NCBI RefSeq assembly: GCF_001457615.1
Contig: NZ_LN831024.1
Span: 2,070,001-2,102,000 of the forward strand
Direction: 5' to 3'
DNA: 32,000 bases
Source of the DNA: Pseudomonas aeruginosa
GTDB lineage: Bacteria; Pseudomonadota; Gammaproteobacteria; Pseudomonadales; Pseudomonadaceae
Position numbers and translations under genes: made by a program. Numbering within the stretch: position 1 is the first letter of the stretch; each line of letters begins with the position of its first letter. The notes beneath the pieces were generated by a model. That model worked only from the letters and a program-made list of their open reading frames with translations, ran no database searches and had not been told where the DNA came from. Positions 16,610 to 24,274 of the stretch are shown here, one piece after another.

Positions 16610-16976
16610 TGCCTATTCATTCGCGCTAAGCGCGGCACCGCTGGTAACCCCGCGCTCTATGCGCAAACCGGACTGCGTTCCGCTTCCTTCCCCCATGCCG
16701 CGCGGTGCCTGGCTTCGGCGATGCTGGCGAAGCGATGCATAGGCGTTTCTCAATGGTTTTCATAGCCTGAGTCTATTGGCTCGGCAGGCTGCGTTCGGCT
16801 AGGCCTAAGGGCGATGGATAAACCCTGAGTTCCCTTCAGGACTGACTGGAAACAGCCGGGAACCCGCGTGGCGCAGGACGCGTCGCAGGTCGTTCGGTCC
16901 GCTGTCGCGGACCGCCGGGGTGTGGGGGTCGGGACGACGAGGCTCGGCGTTTCCTCATAACGAAAGAGGACGCCTG

Positions 16977-18380
16977 ATGAAAACGCCCGCCTGGACGCGC
17001 CATGCCCTCTGGGTCATGCCGCTCGCCCTGGGGCTGCAATCCGCCGTGGTCGCGGGGGATGAGCAGCCAAGCAAGACTTCCAGCTATTCGCCGGTGGTGA
17101 TCAATGAGGACTTCGCCACCATCATGAAGCGCATGACGGCGAACAAGCCGTCGATCGAACAGGCCCACAAGACGCTTCTCGAGCAGCGTTACGATCTCAG
17201 CGACAGGCCGGCCAAGGGCGCCAGCATGACGCGCGGCAAGCCGCTGCAGGAGGGGATCCGGGTGAAGCTGCCGGCCGGCACCAGCTGGGAGGAACTGGCC
17301 AGGCTGAGCCCCGAGGAAATCCGCAAGCAGGGGCTGTTCCCCGGTGGCTTCCTGCCGCTGCCGCACCCCAACCATGCCGAAGGCGGGATGGTCTTTCCCA
17401 AGTTCCTCATCGACGAGATCAAGCGCCAGGAAAGCCGCGACCTGACCCGTTTCGACCTCGACTACGACCTGCCGGACCACTTCCTGCCGGAATTCCCGGC
17501 ACCGATGTTCCTTACCACCCGGCCTGACCTGGGCGATGTGTCCAAGGGCAAGCTGGTGACCATCGACAACTATTTCGAGTTGTTCAACGGGATTCTCAAT
17601 CCCAAGCAGCTGGAAGGGCTGCGCCTGCTGCTAACGGCCTTTCCGCAGCAGCAGTTCAACCTCACCGACGATCGCCGTAGCGAGCATCCGAGCCGCGGCG
17701 TAGCCTGCTTCGACTGCCATGCGAACGGCCACACCAATGCCGCTACCCACCTGGCCGGCGACGTGCGCCCGCAGCCGTTCCGCCACCGCATCGACACGCC
17801 GACGCTGCGCGGGGTGAACATCCAGCGGTTGTTCGGCTCGCAGAGGGCGCTGAAGACCGTCGAGGACTTCACCGAGTTCGAGCAGCGCGCCGCCTACTTC
17901 GACGGTGATCCGGTAATCGCCACCAAGAAGGGGGTGAACGTGCTCGAGCGTGGCAGTCAGGTGCATTTCATGGGTGAGTTCCAGGCGCTGCTGGACTTCC
18001 CCCCGGCACCGAAGCTGGATGTGGAGGGGCGGCTCGATCCGGGCAAGGCCAGCGAGCAGGAATTGCGTGGCGAAAAGCTGTTCTACGGCAAGGCGGCCTG
18101 CGCCGGGTGCCATGCGCCGCCTTACTTCACCGACAACCTGATGCACAACCTGAAGGTGGAGCGCTTCTACGATCCGAAACTGGTCAATGGCGTGATGGCG
18201 TCCGCCGACGGGCCGATCAAGACCTTCCCGTTGCGCGGGATCAAGGATTCGCCGCCGTACCTGCACGACGACCGCCTGCTGACCCTGGAGGACACCGTGG
18301 AGTTCTTCAACCTGGTGCTGGAGCGCAAGCTGTCCGCGGAAGAGAAGGGCGACCTGGTGGCCTACCTGCGTACCCTGTGA
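16977..18380 (+). CDS. snr1: Periplasmic di-haem c-type cytochrome (cytochrome c peroxidase/MauG-like fold)
   Basis: I re-called the start at ATG 16977, after an AAGAGGA RBS, giving 467 aa. A signal peptide is present (MKTPAWTRHALWVMPLALGLQSAVVAG). There are two haem-binding CxxCH motifs (CFDCH, CAGCH). The symbol comes from recalled synteny (PA3032, next to the mobA/moaB2/moeA2 genes). Confidence 0.82.
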   Translation: MKTPAWTRHALWVMPLALGLQSAVVAGDEQPSKTSSYSPVVINEDFATIMKRMTANKPSIEQAHKTLLEQRYDLSDRPAKGASMTRGKPLQEGIRVKLPAGTSWEELARLSPEEIRKQGLFPGGFLPLPHPNHAEGGMVFPKFLIDEIKRQESRDLTRFDLDYDLPDHFLPEFPAPMFLTTRPDLGDVSKGKLVTIDNYFELFNGILNPKQLEGLRLLLTAFPQQQFNLTDDRRSEHPSRGVACFDCHANGHTNAATHLAGDVRPQPFRHRIDTPTLRGVNIQRLFGSQRALKTVEDFTEFEQRAAYFDGDPVIATKKGVNVLERGSQVHFMGEFQALLDFPPAPKLDVEGRLDPGKASEQELRGEKLFYGKAACAGCHAPPYFTDNLMHNLKVERFYDPKLVNGVMASADGPIKTFPLRGIKDSPPYLHDDRLLTLEDTVEFFNLVLERKLSAEEKGDLVAYLRTL

Positions 18381-18402
18381 GAAAGGCCGAATCGCAGGTA
18401 AT

Positions 18403-18431
18403 AAAAAACCCGCCGTTGAGGCGGGTTTTTC
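18403..18431. terminator. Bidirectional rho-independent terminator shared by snr1 (+) and tRNA-Pro (-)
   Basis: AAAAAACCCGCC-gttga-GGCGGGTTTTT has a perfect stem with an A-run 5' and a T-run 3'. Confidence 0.8.
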
Positions 18432-18437
18432 GGGATA

Positions 18438-18514
18438 TGGTCGGAGCGACTGGATTCGAACCAGCGACCTTCTCGTCCCGAACGAGACGCGCTACCAAGC
18501 TGCGCTACGCTCCG
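18438..18514 (-). tRNA. tRNA-Pro, anticodon CGG
   Basis: The minus-strand sequence CGGAGCGTAGCGCAGCTTGGTAGCGCGTCTCGTTCGGGACGAGAAGGTCGCTGGTTCGAATCCAGTCGCTCCGACCA folds as a 77-nt cloverleaf. The acceptor stem is CGGAGCG/CGCTCCG, the D stem GCGC/GCGC, the anticodon stem TCTCG/CGAGA with loop TTCGGGA, and the T loop TTCGAAT. The CCA end is encoded. Confidence 0.97.
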
Positions 18515-18528
18515 TTTTGTTGGGGCGC

Positions 18529-18580
18529 ATTCTACAGAAAAAGTTTTGGTACACAAGGGGTTAGATGAATTTTTTTTCGA
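18529..18580 (-). promoter_or_regulatory. Sigma70 promoter of tRNA-Pro with an A-tract UP-like element and a GC-rich discriminator
   Basis: The minus strand reads AAAAAAAATTCATCTAACCCC-TTGTGT-N16-TAGAAT-GCGCCCCAACAAAA, followed by the tRNA 5' end. The -10 hexamer is at 18529-18534 and the -35 hexamer at 18551-18556. Confidence 0.6.
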
Positions 18581-18596
18581 GCCCCGGTTTCCCCGG

Positions 18597-18643
18597 GCGA
18601 AAAAGCAAAGACCCTGTCGCTCGTTCGAGTCGACGGGGTCTTC
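18597..18643 (-). terminator. Rho-independent terminator of the ygdI-like lipoprotein gene
   Basis: The minus strand reads GAAGACCCCGTCGACTCGAACGAGCGACAGGGTCTT followed by TGCTTTTTCG. This is a long interrupted stem (AAGACCC/GGGTCTT plus GTCG/CGAC) with a T-tract, about 25 nt after the stop at 18668. Confidence 0.6.
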
Positions 18644-18667
18644 AGGAAAACCTGTTACGCGACGGTA

Positions 18668-18889
18668 TCAGAGTTCCTTGACGGTGCGGACCTGGTCCTT
18701 GTTCACGCGGGCGCGCTTGCCGTCGAGCTGTTCGAACTCGTAGAAGCCGGAATCCTCGTCATAGGAAGGGGTGTCTACGGCCTGGATTTCACGTCCGTCG
18801 TTGAGGGTGATCACGGTAGGGCTGGAACAACCCGCGAGGGCGCCGAGGCCTACGGCGAGGAGGAGGGCGGGTAGCATCCGCTTGATCAT
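18668..18889 (-). CDS. YgdI/YgdR family (DUF903) small lipoprotein
   Basis: 73 aa. The lipobox is LAGC ([23 protein letters not shown]). The mature part [44 protein letters not shown] matches the YgdI/YgdR pattern. Confidence 0.85.
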   Translation of the reverse strand: MIKRMLPALLLAVGLGALAGCSSPTVITLNDGREIQAVDTPSYDEDSGFYEFEQLDGKRARVNKDQVRTVKEL

Positions 18890-18924
18890 TGCGCAGTTCT
18901 CCTGTGCGGTCAGACTTTGAAGTT

Positions 18925-18984
18925 ACGAGTTTCTGACAGACGAGTTCTAGGAAGAGTTCCCCCCTAAAAACGAGTGTTCCCCCC
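18925..18984. repeat. Degenerate tandem repeat with 15-bp periodicity, containing an exact GTTCCCCCC duplication
   Basis: The four units are ACGAGTTTCTGACAG, ACGAGTTCTAGGAAG, AGTTCCCCCCTAAAA and ACGAGTGTTCCCCCC. ACGAGT occurs at 18925, 18940 and 18970. GTTCCCCCC occurs at 18956-18964 and 18976-18984. The repeat lies in the spacer between the ygdI-like start (18889) and the mobA stop (19021). Confidence 0.55.
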
Positions 18985-19020
18985 ACCTTCGAGAAAATTC
19001 GACTCGACGTCCCTTCCGTT

Positions 19021-19617
19021 TTACTTCAGTTCGCGGTGATTAGCCAACAGCTCGGGGGTGTTCAGGTTGGCCAGCCGCGGATCGCCCGCGGCCAGCTCGA
19101 TGGCCTCCGCGCCAAGCGGCAACAGGACGTGGCGTGGGCTACGGTCGCCCTGGCGCCAGGCGTGTTCTATCTCTTCGGCCAGGTGCGTCGGGATCAGGCT
19201 GAACAGCGGTTCCCACTGGCCGCCGCAGCGCAGCATCCAGGGGCGCGCCGGTGTGCGGCCGGCGGCCTGCAGCAGGGTTTCCAGCAAGGCGCGGTCGATG
19301 CGCGGCGCGTCGCAGGGCAGCACCAGCAGCCAGGGATGCCGGGCCACCGCCAGGCCGGCGCGGATGCCGGCGAGCGGGCCGGGGAAGTCTCGGCTGTCGT
19401 CGCTCACCAGGCGGTCGGCATAGGCCGCATAGCGTTCCTGGTTGCGGTTGCAGGAGACGATCAGGTCATCGGTGAGCGGGCGCACCAGGCGATGCAGGTG
19501 GGCGATCAGGGGCAGGCCCTGCCACTCGATCAGGCCCTTGTCGCGACCGCCCATGCGCTGGCCGCGGCCTCCCGCCAGGAGAAGGATGGAGCAGGGGGGC
19601 AGGGCGCTATCGGGCAT
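19021..19617 (-). CDS. mobA: Molybdenum cofactor guanylyltransferase
   Basis: 198 aa. The N-terminal nucleotide-binding motif is [18 protein letters not shown]. The LVLPCDAP motif is also present. Confidence 0.9.
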   Translation of the reverse strand: MPDSALPPCSILLLAGGRGQRMGGRDKGLIEWQGLPLIAHLHRLVRPLTDDLIVSCNRNQERYAAYADRLVSDDSRDFPGPLAGIRAGLAVARHPWLLVLPCDAPRIDRALLETLLQAAGRTPARPWMLRCGGQWEPLFSLIPTHLAEEIEHAWRQGDRSPRHVLLPLGAEAIELAAGDPRLANLNTPELLANHRELK

Positions 19618-19683
19618 CTGGGGTCTCCGTGTCGGGCCTGTGATATAACACCGCGATCACGTCCACAAGCAAGGGCCAACCCC

Positions 19684-20223
19684 ATGAGCCACAAGGCCGA
19701 AACGGCATTCGTGCCGTTGAACATCGCCGTCCTGACCGTCAGCGATACCCGTACCCTGGAAACCGATACTTCAGGCCAGTTGTTCGTCGACCGCCTGACC
19801 GAGGCCGGGCACAACCTGGCCGCTCGCGTGCTGCTGAAGGATGACCTGTACCGGATCCGCGCACAGGTCGCGACCTGGATCGCCGAGGATAGCGTGCAGG
19901 TCGTGCTGATCACCGGCGGCACCGGTTTCACCGGCCGCGACAGCACCCCGGAAGCGGTGGCCTGCCTGCTGGACAAGCAGGTGGACGGCTTCGGCGAGCT
20001 GTTCCGGCAGATTTCGCTGGGCGACATCGGTACCTCCACCATCCAGTCGCGGGCCCTGGCCGGGCTTTCCAACGGCACCCTGGTCTGCTGCCTGCCGGGC
20101 TCCACCAACGCCTGCCGCACTGCCTGGGAAGGCATCCTCGTCGAGCAACTGGACGCCCGTCATCGCCCGTGCAACTTCGTCCCGCACCTGAAACAGGCGG
20201 CGCCCTGCGAGAGCCGCGGGTGA
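19684..20223 (+). CDS. moaB: Molybdenum cofactor biosynthesis protein B (MoaB/MogA family)
   Basis: I re-called the start at ATG 19684 (MSHKAETAFVPLNIAVLTVSDTRT), giving 179 aa. The track ORF from 19036 runs antisense through mobA. The MoCF_biosynth motif is ITGGTGFTGRDSTPEA. Confidence 0.9.
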   Translation: MSHKAETAFVPLNIAVLTVSDTRTLETDTSGQLFVDRLTEAGHNLAARVLLKDDLYRIRAQVATWIAEDSVQVVLITGGTGFTGRDSTPEAVACLLDKQVDGFGELFRQISLGDIGTSTIQSRALAGLSNGTLVCCLPGSTNACRTAWEGILVEQLDARHRPCNFVPHLKQAAPCESRG

Positions 20224-21437
20224 GCGGCTGCTGCGAACAGCCGGGGCTGATGCCGGTCGAGACGGCGCTGGAACGGCTCCTCGAACTGGCCGCGCAAACG
20301 CCTATCGATACGTGTGAGCAGGTGCCCCTGGAGCAGGCTGGCGGCCGCGTGCTGGCGGTCGACCTGCTGGCCGGCCTGGACCTGCCGCCGTGGCCGAACA
20401 GCGCCATGGACGGCTATGCCTTGCGCCTCGCCGACTGGAACGGCGAGCCACTGCCGGTCAGCCAGAAGATCTTTGCCGGACAGGCGCCGGAGCCGCTGCA
20501 AGCGGGTACCTGTGCGCGGATCTTCACCGGTGCGCCGCTGCCCGAAGGCGCCGATCTGGTAGAGATGCAGGAAAACGCCGAAGCGCTCGACGATGGCCGC
20601 GTGCGCTTCACCCAGCCGTTGCGCGCGGGCCAGCATGTGCGCCCGCGTGGCCAGGAAATCCGCCAGGGCGACCTGGTCCTGCCGGCCGGCACGCGCCTGC
20701 GCTCCATCGAACTGGGGTTGGCGGCTTCGCTCGGCTACGCGGCCCTGGAGGTGCGACGCAAGCCGCGGGTGGCGCTGCTGTCCACCGGCGACGAGCTGGT
20801 CGAGGCGGGCCAGCCGCTGCAGGCCGGGCAGATCTACAACAGCAACCGTCCGTTGCTCAAGGATTGGCTGCAACGCCTGGGCTGCGACGTGCTCGACGCC
20901 GGCATCCTTCCCGACGACCTGGCACGTACCCGCGAGCGCCTGGCCGGGTTGGCCGGGGTGGACCTTATCCTGTCCACTGGCGGCGTATCGGTGGGCGAGG
21001 CCGACTTCCTCGGCATGGCGCTGCGCGAAGCCGGCGAGCTGACCCTCTGGAAGCTGGCGATAAAACCCGGCAAGCCGCTGACCGTCGGCCAGTTCCAGGG
21101 CATCCCGGTGATCGGCCTGCCGGGCAATCCGGCTTCGACCCTGGTCACCTTCGCCCTGCTGGCGCGTCCCTACCTGCTGCGCCGGCTTGGTGTGGCGCAG
21201 GTCGCGCCGCTGCGGGTGGAGGTACCGGCCGGCTTTGCCTGGACCAAGGCGGGGCAGCGTCGCGAGTACCTGCGTGGTCGCCTGGAGCAGGGCCGCGCGG
21301 TGCTCTATCCGAACCAGAGTTCCGGGGTACTGCGCAGCGCTTCCTGGGCCGAGGGGCTGGTGGAGGTCCGCGAGGGACGTACCCTCGTGGAAGGCGAGGG
21401 CGTGGCGTTCATTCCGCTGAGCGAACTGCTCGATTGA
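20220..21437 (+). CDS. moeA: Molybdopterin molybdenumtransferase
   Basis: MoeA motifs are LSTGGVSVGEADF, GLPGNPAS and the N-terminal GLMPVETALERLL. The start is uncertain. The GTG at 20220 overlaps the moaB stop (GTGA coupling) and gives 405 aa. The alternatives are ATG 20169 (track) and ATG 20250. Confidence 0.88.
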   Translation: MSGCCEQPGLMPVETALERLLELAAQTPIDTCEQVPLEQAGGRVLAVDLLAGLDLPPWPNSAMDGYALRLADWNGEPLPVSQKIFAGQAPEPLQAGTCARIFTGAPLPEGADLVEMQENAEALDDGRVRFTQPLRAGQHVRPRGQEIRQGDLVLPAGTRLRSIELGLAASLGYAALEVRRKPRVALLSTGDELVEAGQPLQAGQIYNSNRPLLKDWLQRLGCDVLDAGILPDDLARTRERLAGLAGVDLILSTGGVSVGEADFLGMALREAGELTLWKLAIKPGKPLTVGQFQGIPVIGLPGNPASTLVTFALLARPYLLRRLGVAQVAPLRVEVPAGFAWTKAGQRREYLRGRLEQGRAVLYPNQSSGVLRSASWAEGLVEVREGRTLVEGEGVAFIPLSELLD

Positions 21438-21441
21438 GCCG

Positions 21442-21463
21442 ACGGCGGCCGGATGGCCGCCGT
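21442..21463. terminator. Terminator hairpin between convergent moeA and the AraC-family gene
   Basis: ACGGCGGCC-ggat-GGCCGCCGT forms a perfect 9-bp stem, followed by TCTCATT. It fills the 28-nt spacer. Confidence 0.55.
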
Positions 21464-21465
21464 TC

Positions 21466-22497
21466 TCATTGCGCCGCCGGCTCCTTGCGCCGTTGCCGGT
21501 ACTCGCCGGGCGTCTGCCCGGTCCAACCCTTGAAACTGCGATGGAACGAGCGCGACTCGGTAAAGCCCAGGTACTGGGCGATGTCCTGGATCGGCAGCTC
21601 GCTATGCAGCAGGTAGTGCTCGGCCAGTTCGCGGCGCAGTTCGTCGAGGGTCTGCTGGTAGCTGCTGCCGGCTTGCTGCAGGTGGCGTTGCAGGGTGCGT
21701 ACGGTCATGCCGAACTTCTCCGCCACCCGTTCCTTGCGCGGCAGGCCGTCCTTGAGTAGCTGGCGCAGGGCGTTCTTCACCCGCAGCGGCAGCGGCTCGT
21801 CATCGTCCAGCTCGGCCATCAGCGCCAGGGCATGTTCCTCCAGAGTGCGCAGCAGCGTCGCGTCGGCCTGGCGCAGCGGCAGCGCCAGGTAGTCCAGCGG
21901 TACCAGCAGCGCCGAACAGGGTTGGGCGAAGCGTACCGGACAGCCGAAGAAGGTCTCGTAGTCTTCCACGCGGGTTCCGTCCGGCAGGTCGTGTTCCAGC
22001 CAGACCTCGTCCGGCGAACCTTCCAGGTCGGCGATCCAGCGCGCGTAGAGGACCCAGGAAGCCAGGACGTGCTCGACCATGTGGCGCCGTACCAGGGGTG
22101 TCTGGTGGCGGCAGTTCCAGATCAGCCGGACCTGCCCGCCGGCCGCCTCGATGCGGCTGGTGCCCATGTCGCCGACCAGCTTCTCGTAGGGCGTGATGCG
22201 GCTCATGGCCTCGCCCAGGGTGGCGCAGTTCATCGCGATGTAGCCGAGCACGCTCCAGGAGCCGGGCTGGACGAAACGCGCCGAATGCAGGCCGAACAGG
22301 GGATCGCCGGAATGCTCGCAGAAATAGCCGAGCAGGCGCTCGTGGGCTTCGCCCGGCAGGCGCTGGCGATTGTCGTTGAGCTGGTCGGCCTGGAGGCCGG
22401 CGGCGGCCAGGGCAGGGGCGATGTCCAGGCCGAGCCGTTCGGCATGGCGCAGGTATTTCAGCAGGGCCGGAACCGAGGTGGAGCCAAGGGTCTGCAT
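21466..22497 (-). CDS. AraC/XylS family transcriptional regulator with an N-terminal AraC-binding-like sensor domain
   Basis: 343 aa. The C-terminal double HTH is VRTLQRHLQQAGSSYQQTLDELRRELAEHYL...IQDIAQYLGFTESRSFHRSFKGWTGQTPGEYR. The gene is divergent from the four-gene operon starting at 22674. Confidence 0.85.
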   Translation of the reverse strand: MQTLGSTSVPALLKYLRHAERLGLDIAPALAAAGLQADQLNDNRQRLPGEAHERLLGYFCEHSGDPLFGLHSARFVQPGSWSVLGYIAMNCATLGEAMSRITPYEKLVGDMGTSRIEAAGGQVRLIWNCRHQTPLVRRHMVEHVLASWVLYARWIADLEGSPDEVWLEHDLPDGTRVEDYETFFGCPVRFAQPCSALLVPLDYLALPLRQADATLLRTLEEHALALMAELDDDEPLPLRVKNALRQLLKDGLPRKERVAEKFGMTVRTLQRHLQQAGSSYQQTLDELRRELAEHYLLHSELPIQDIAQYLGFTESRSFHRSFKGWTGQTPGEYRQRRKEPAAQ

Positions 22498-22551
22498 GGT
22501 CGTTGTTCTTGTCGTGGCGGGTGGAACAGGCCGTCCGGCGTGCGTGCCGGC

Positions 22552-22616
22552 TGTCTTGATCGGTCACAGGGAGTGTCTCGATCCGACAGTGACAGGCGAG
22601 GGCGGCTGGCTAGTAT
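22552..22616 (+). promoter_or_regulatory. Candidate AraC-box direct repeats plus a sigma70-like promoter for the 22674 operon
   Basis: The direct repeats TGTCTTGATCGG (22552-22563) and TGTCTCGATCCG (22574-22585) share 10 of 12 positions and start 22 bp apart. They are followed by GTGACA (22589-22594), a 16-nt spacer and TAGTAT (22611-22616). Confidence 0.4.
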
Positions 22617-22673
22617 AGGCAGCCAGAAAGGTTCCGATAAACAGGTTGCCGCGACAAGCGAGGGGAGAGGTTC

Positions 22674-24269
22674 ATGCGCCGTTGGAATGGCTGGGGCGAA
22701 GAAAGCACCGTGGTCGAATTGCCGGACAGCGCCCGTGGGTTCCTGGCGGAACTGGTCGGGCAGGGCGCACGCTTGCCGGACGCCAGCCTGGAGGCGGCGC
22801 TGGCGAAGGTCCCGGCGTCGCGCCTGGAGGCCGATCCGCGCTACAGCATCGACCCCCGTGAGCGTCTGCTGCATGCCCGCGGGCAGAGCCTGCCGGACTG
22901 GCTGGCGATGCGCGAGGGCGACTTCGGCGTCTACCCGGACGCCGTGGCCTATCCGGAAACCGCCGAACAGATCCGCGAGTTGCTGGCCCTGGCCGACTCC
23001 CGCGACCTGCAACTGATTCCCTATGGCGGCGGTACTTCCGTGGCCGGCCATATCAATCCGCAAGCCTCGCGGCGGCCGGTACTGACGGTCTCGCTGGAGC
23101 GCATGAACCGCCTGCTCGATCTGGACCGCGAGAGCCTGGTCGCGACCTTCGGCCCCGGCGCCGCCGGCCCGCAGGTGGAGAGCCAGTTGCGTGCGCTGGG
23201 CTACACGCTCGGGCATTTCCCGCAGTCCTGGGAGTTGTCGACCCTTGGTGGCTGGGTCGCCAGCCGCTCCAGTGGCCAGCAGTCGCTGCGCTACGGGCGG
23301 ATCGAACAACTTTTCGCCGGCGGGACCCTGGAGACCTTCGCCGGGCCGCTTGAAATCGCTACCTTCCCGGCATCCGCGGCGGGACCGGACCTGCGCGAAC
23401 TGGTGCTGGGCTCTGAGGGACGCTTCGGGATCATTTCCTCGGTGAAGGTGCGGGTCTCGCCGCTGGCCGAGGACGAGCGCTTCTACAGCGTCTTCCTGCC
23501 GAACTGGCAGCAGGCCCTGCAAGCCACCCGCGAGCTGGCCCAGGCGCGCGTGCCGCTGTCGATGCTGCGACTGTCCAACGCCGTGGAAACCATGACCCAA
23601 CTGGCCCTGGCCGGCCATCCCGGACAGATCGCCTGGCTGGAGAAATACCTGGCGCTGCGCGGCGCGGGCGAGGGCAAGTGCATGCTGACCTTCGGCGTGA
23701 CCGGCAACCGCCGGCAGAACGGATTGTCGCTGAGCCAGGCGAAGGCCTTGCTGAAACGCTTCGGCGGGGTCTTCACCGGCACCCTGCTGGGGCGCAAGTG
23801 GGCGCAGAACCGCTTCCGCTTCCCCTACCTGCGCGAGGCCCTGTGGCAGGCGGGCTACGCCGTGGACACCCTGGAGACCGCCACCGACTGGAGCAACGTC
23901 GACGGCCTGCTGCAGAAGATCGAGGCCAGCCTGCGAGACGGCCTGGCCGCCGAGGGCGAGAAAGTCCATGTGTTCACCCACCTCTCGCATGTCTATGGCG
24001 AGGGGTCGAGCATCTATACCACCTACGTGTTCCGTCCGGCCGCGAGCTATGCGGCGACGCTGGAGCGCTGGAAGCGTCTCAAGCATGCGGCCAGCCAGGC
24101 GATCGTCGACAATCGTGGCACCATCAGCCACCAGCATGGCGTCGGCAAGGACCACGCACCCTACCTGCCCCGCGAGAAGGGCGAACTGGGCGTCGCCGCG
24201 CTGCGTGCCATGGCCGGTCACTTCGACCCGGCCGGGCGGCTCAACCGCGGCACCCTGCTGCAGGACTGA
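22674..24269 (+). CDS. FAD-linked oxidase of the alkyl-DHAP-synthase (AGPS)-like / PCMH-type FAD-binding family
   Basis: 531 aa. The N-terminal RRWNGWGEE resembles the WNGWG motif of AGPS-type enzymes. The FAD_binding_4 region has IPYGGGTSVAGH. The C-terminus has ISHQHGVGKDHAPYL. Confidence 0.82.
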   Translation: MRRWNGWGEESTVVELPDSARGFLAELVGQGARLPDASLEAALAKVPASRLEADPRYSIDPRERLLHARGQSLPDWLAMREGDFGVYPDAVAYPETAEQIRELLALADSRDLQLIPYGGGTSVAGHINPQASRRPVLTVSLERMNRLLDLDRESLVATFGPGAAGPQVESQLRALGYTLGHFPQSWELSTLGGWVASRSSGQQSLRYGRIEQLFAGGTLETFAGPLEIATFPASAAGPDLRELVLGSEGRFGIISSVKVRVSPLAEDERFYSVFLPNWQQALQATRELAQARVPLSMLRLSNAVETMTQLALAGHPGQIAWLEKYLALRGAGEGKCMLTFGVTGNRRQNGLSLSQAKALLKRFGGVFTGTLLGRKWAQNRFRFPYLREALWQAGYAVDTLETATDWSNVDGLLQKIEASLRDGLAAEGEKVHVFTHLSHVYGEGSSIYTTYVFRPAASYAATLERWKRLKHAASQAIVDNRGTISHQHGVGKDHAPYLPREKGELGVAALRAMAGHFDPAGRLNRGTLLQD

Positions 24270-24274
24270 GCGGA

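Noticed and set aside
18438-18514. tRNA-Pro as a genomic-island integration site
   Set aside because: No integrase gene is present. There is no direct repeat of the tRNA 3' end nearby, and no compositional island on either side. The flanks are a shared terminator and a normal promoter.
18890-18990. AlgU/sigmaE-type promoter (GAACTT-N16/17-TCTGA) upstream of the ygdI-like lipoprotein gene
   Set aside because: Several GAAC(T)C cores and a TCTGA/TCAAA are present on the minus strand. However, the spacings I counted (12, 13 and 21 nt) do not fit the required 16-17 nt. I kept only the repeat observation.
19639-19660. TGTGA...TCAC inverted motif in the mobA/moaB divergent spacer, resembling a CRP/Vfr or FNR/Anr box
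   Set aside because: The half-sites are separated by 13 nt, whereas CRP/Vfr sites use 6 nt. The sequence also does not match TTGAT-N4-ATCAA (Anr/Dnr). It is therefore not a credible site as written.
22458-24221. Very long ORFs antisense to, or out of frame with, real genes. Examples: 22458..24221(-) 587 aa, 25837..27201(-) 454 aa, 27423..28955(-) 510 aa, 11521..12843(-) 440 aa, 13129..14631(-) 500 aa, 5329..6726(-) 465 aa, 30970..31986(-) 338 aa, 7283..8470(+) 395 aa and 8780..9967(+) 395 aa.
   Set aside because: They are expected artefacts of a stop-codon-poor, high-GC sequence. Their translations are low-complexity and Arg/Pro/Gly/Ala-rich, with no recognisable motifs. Each overlaps a gene on the other strand or in another frame that has clear family signatures and the proper GC3 bias.
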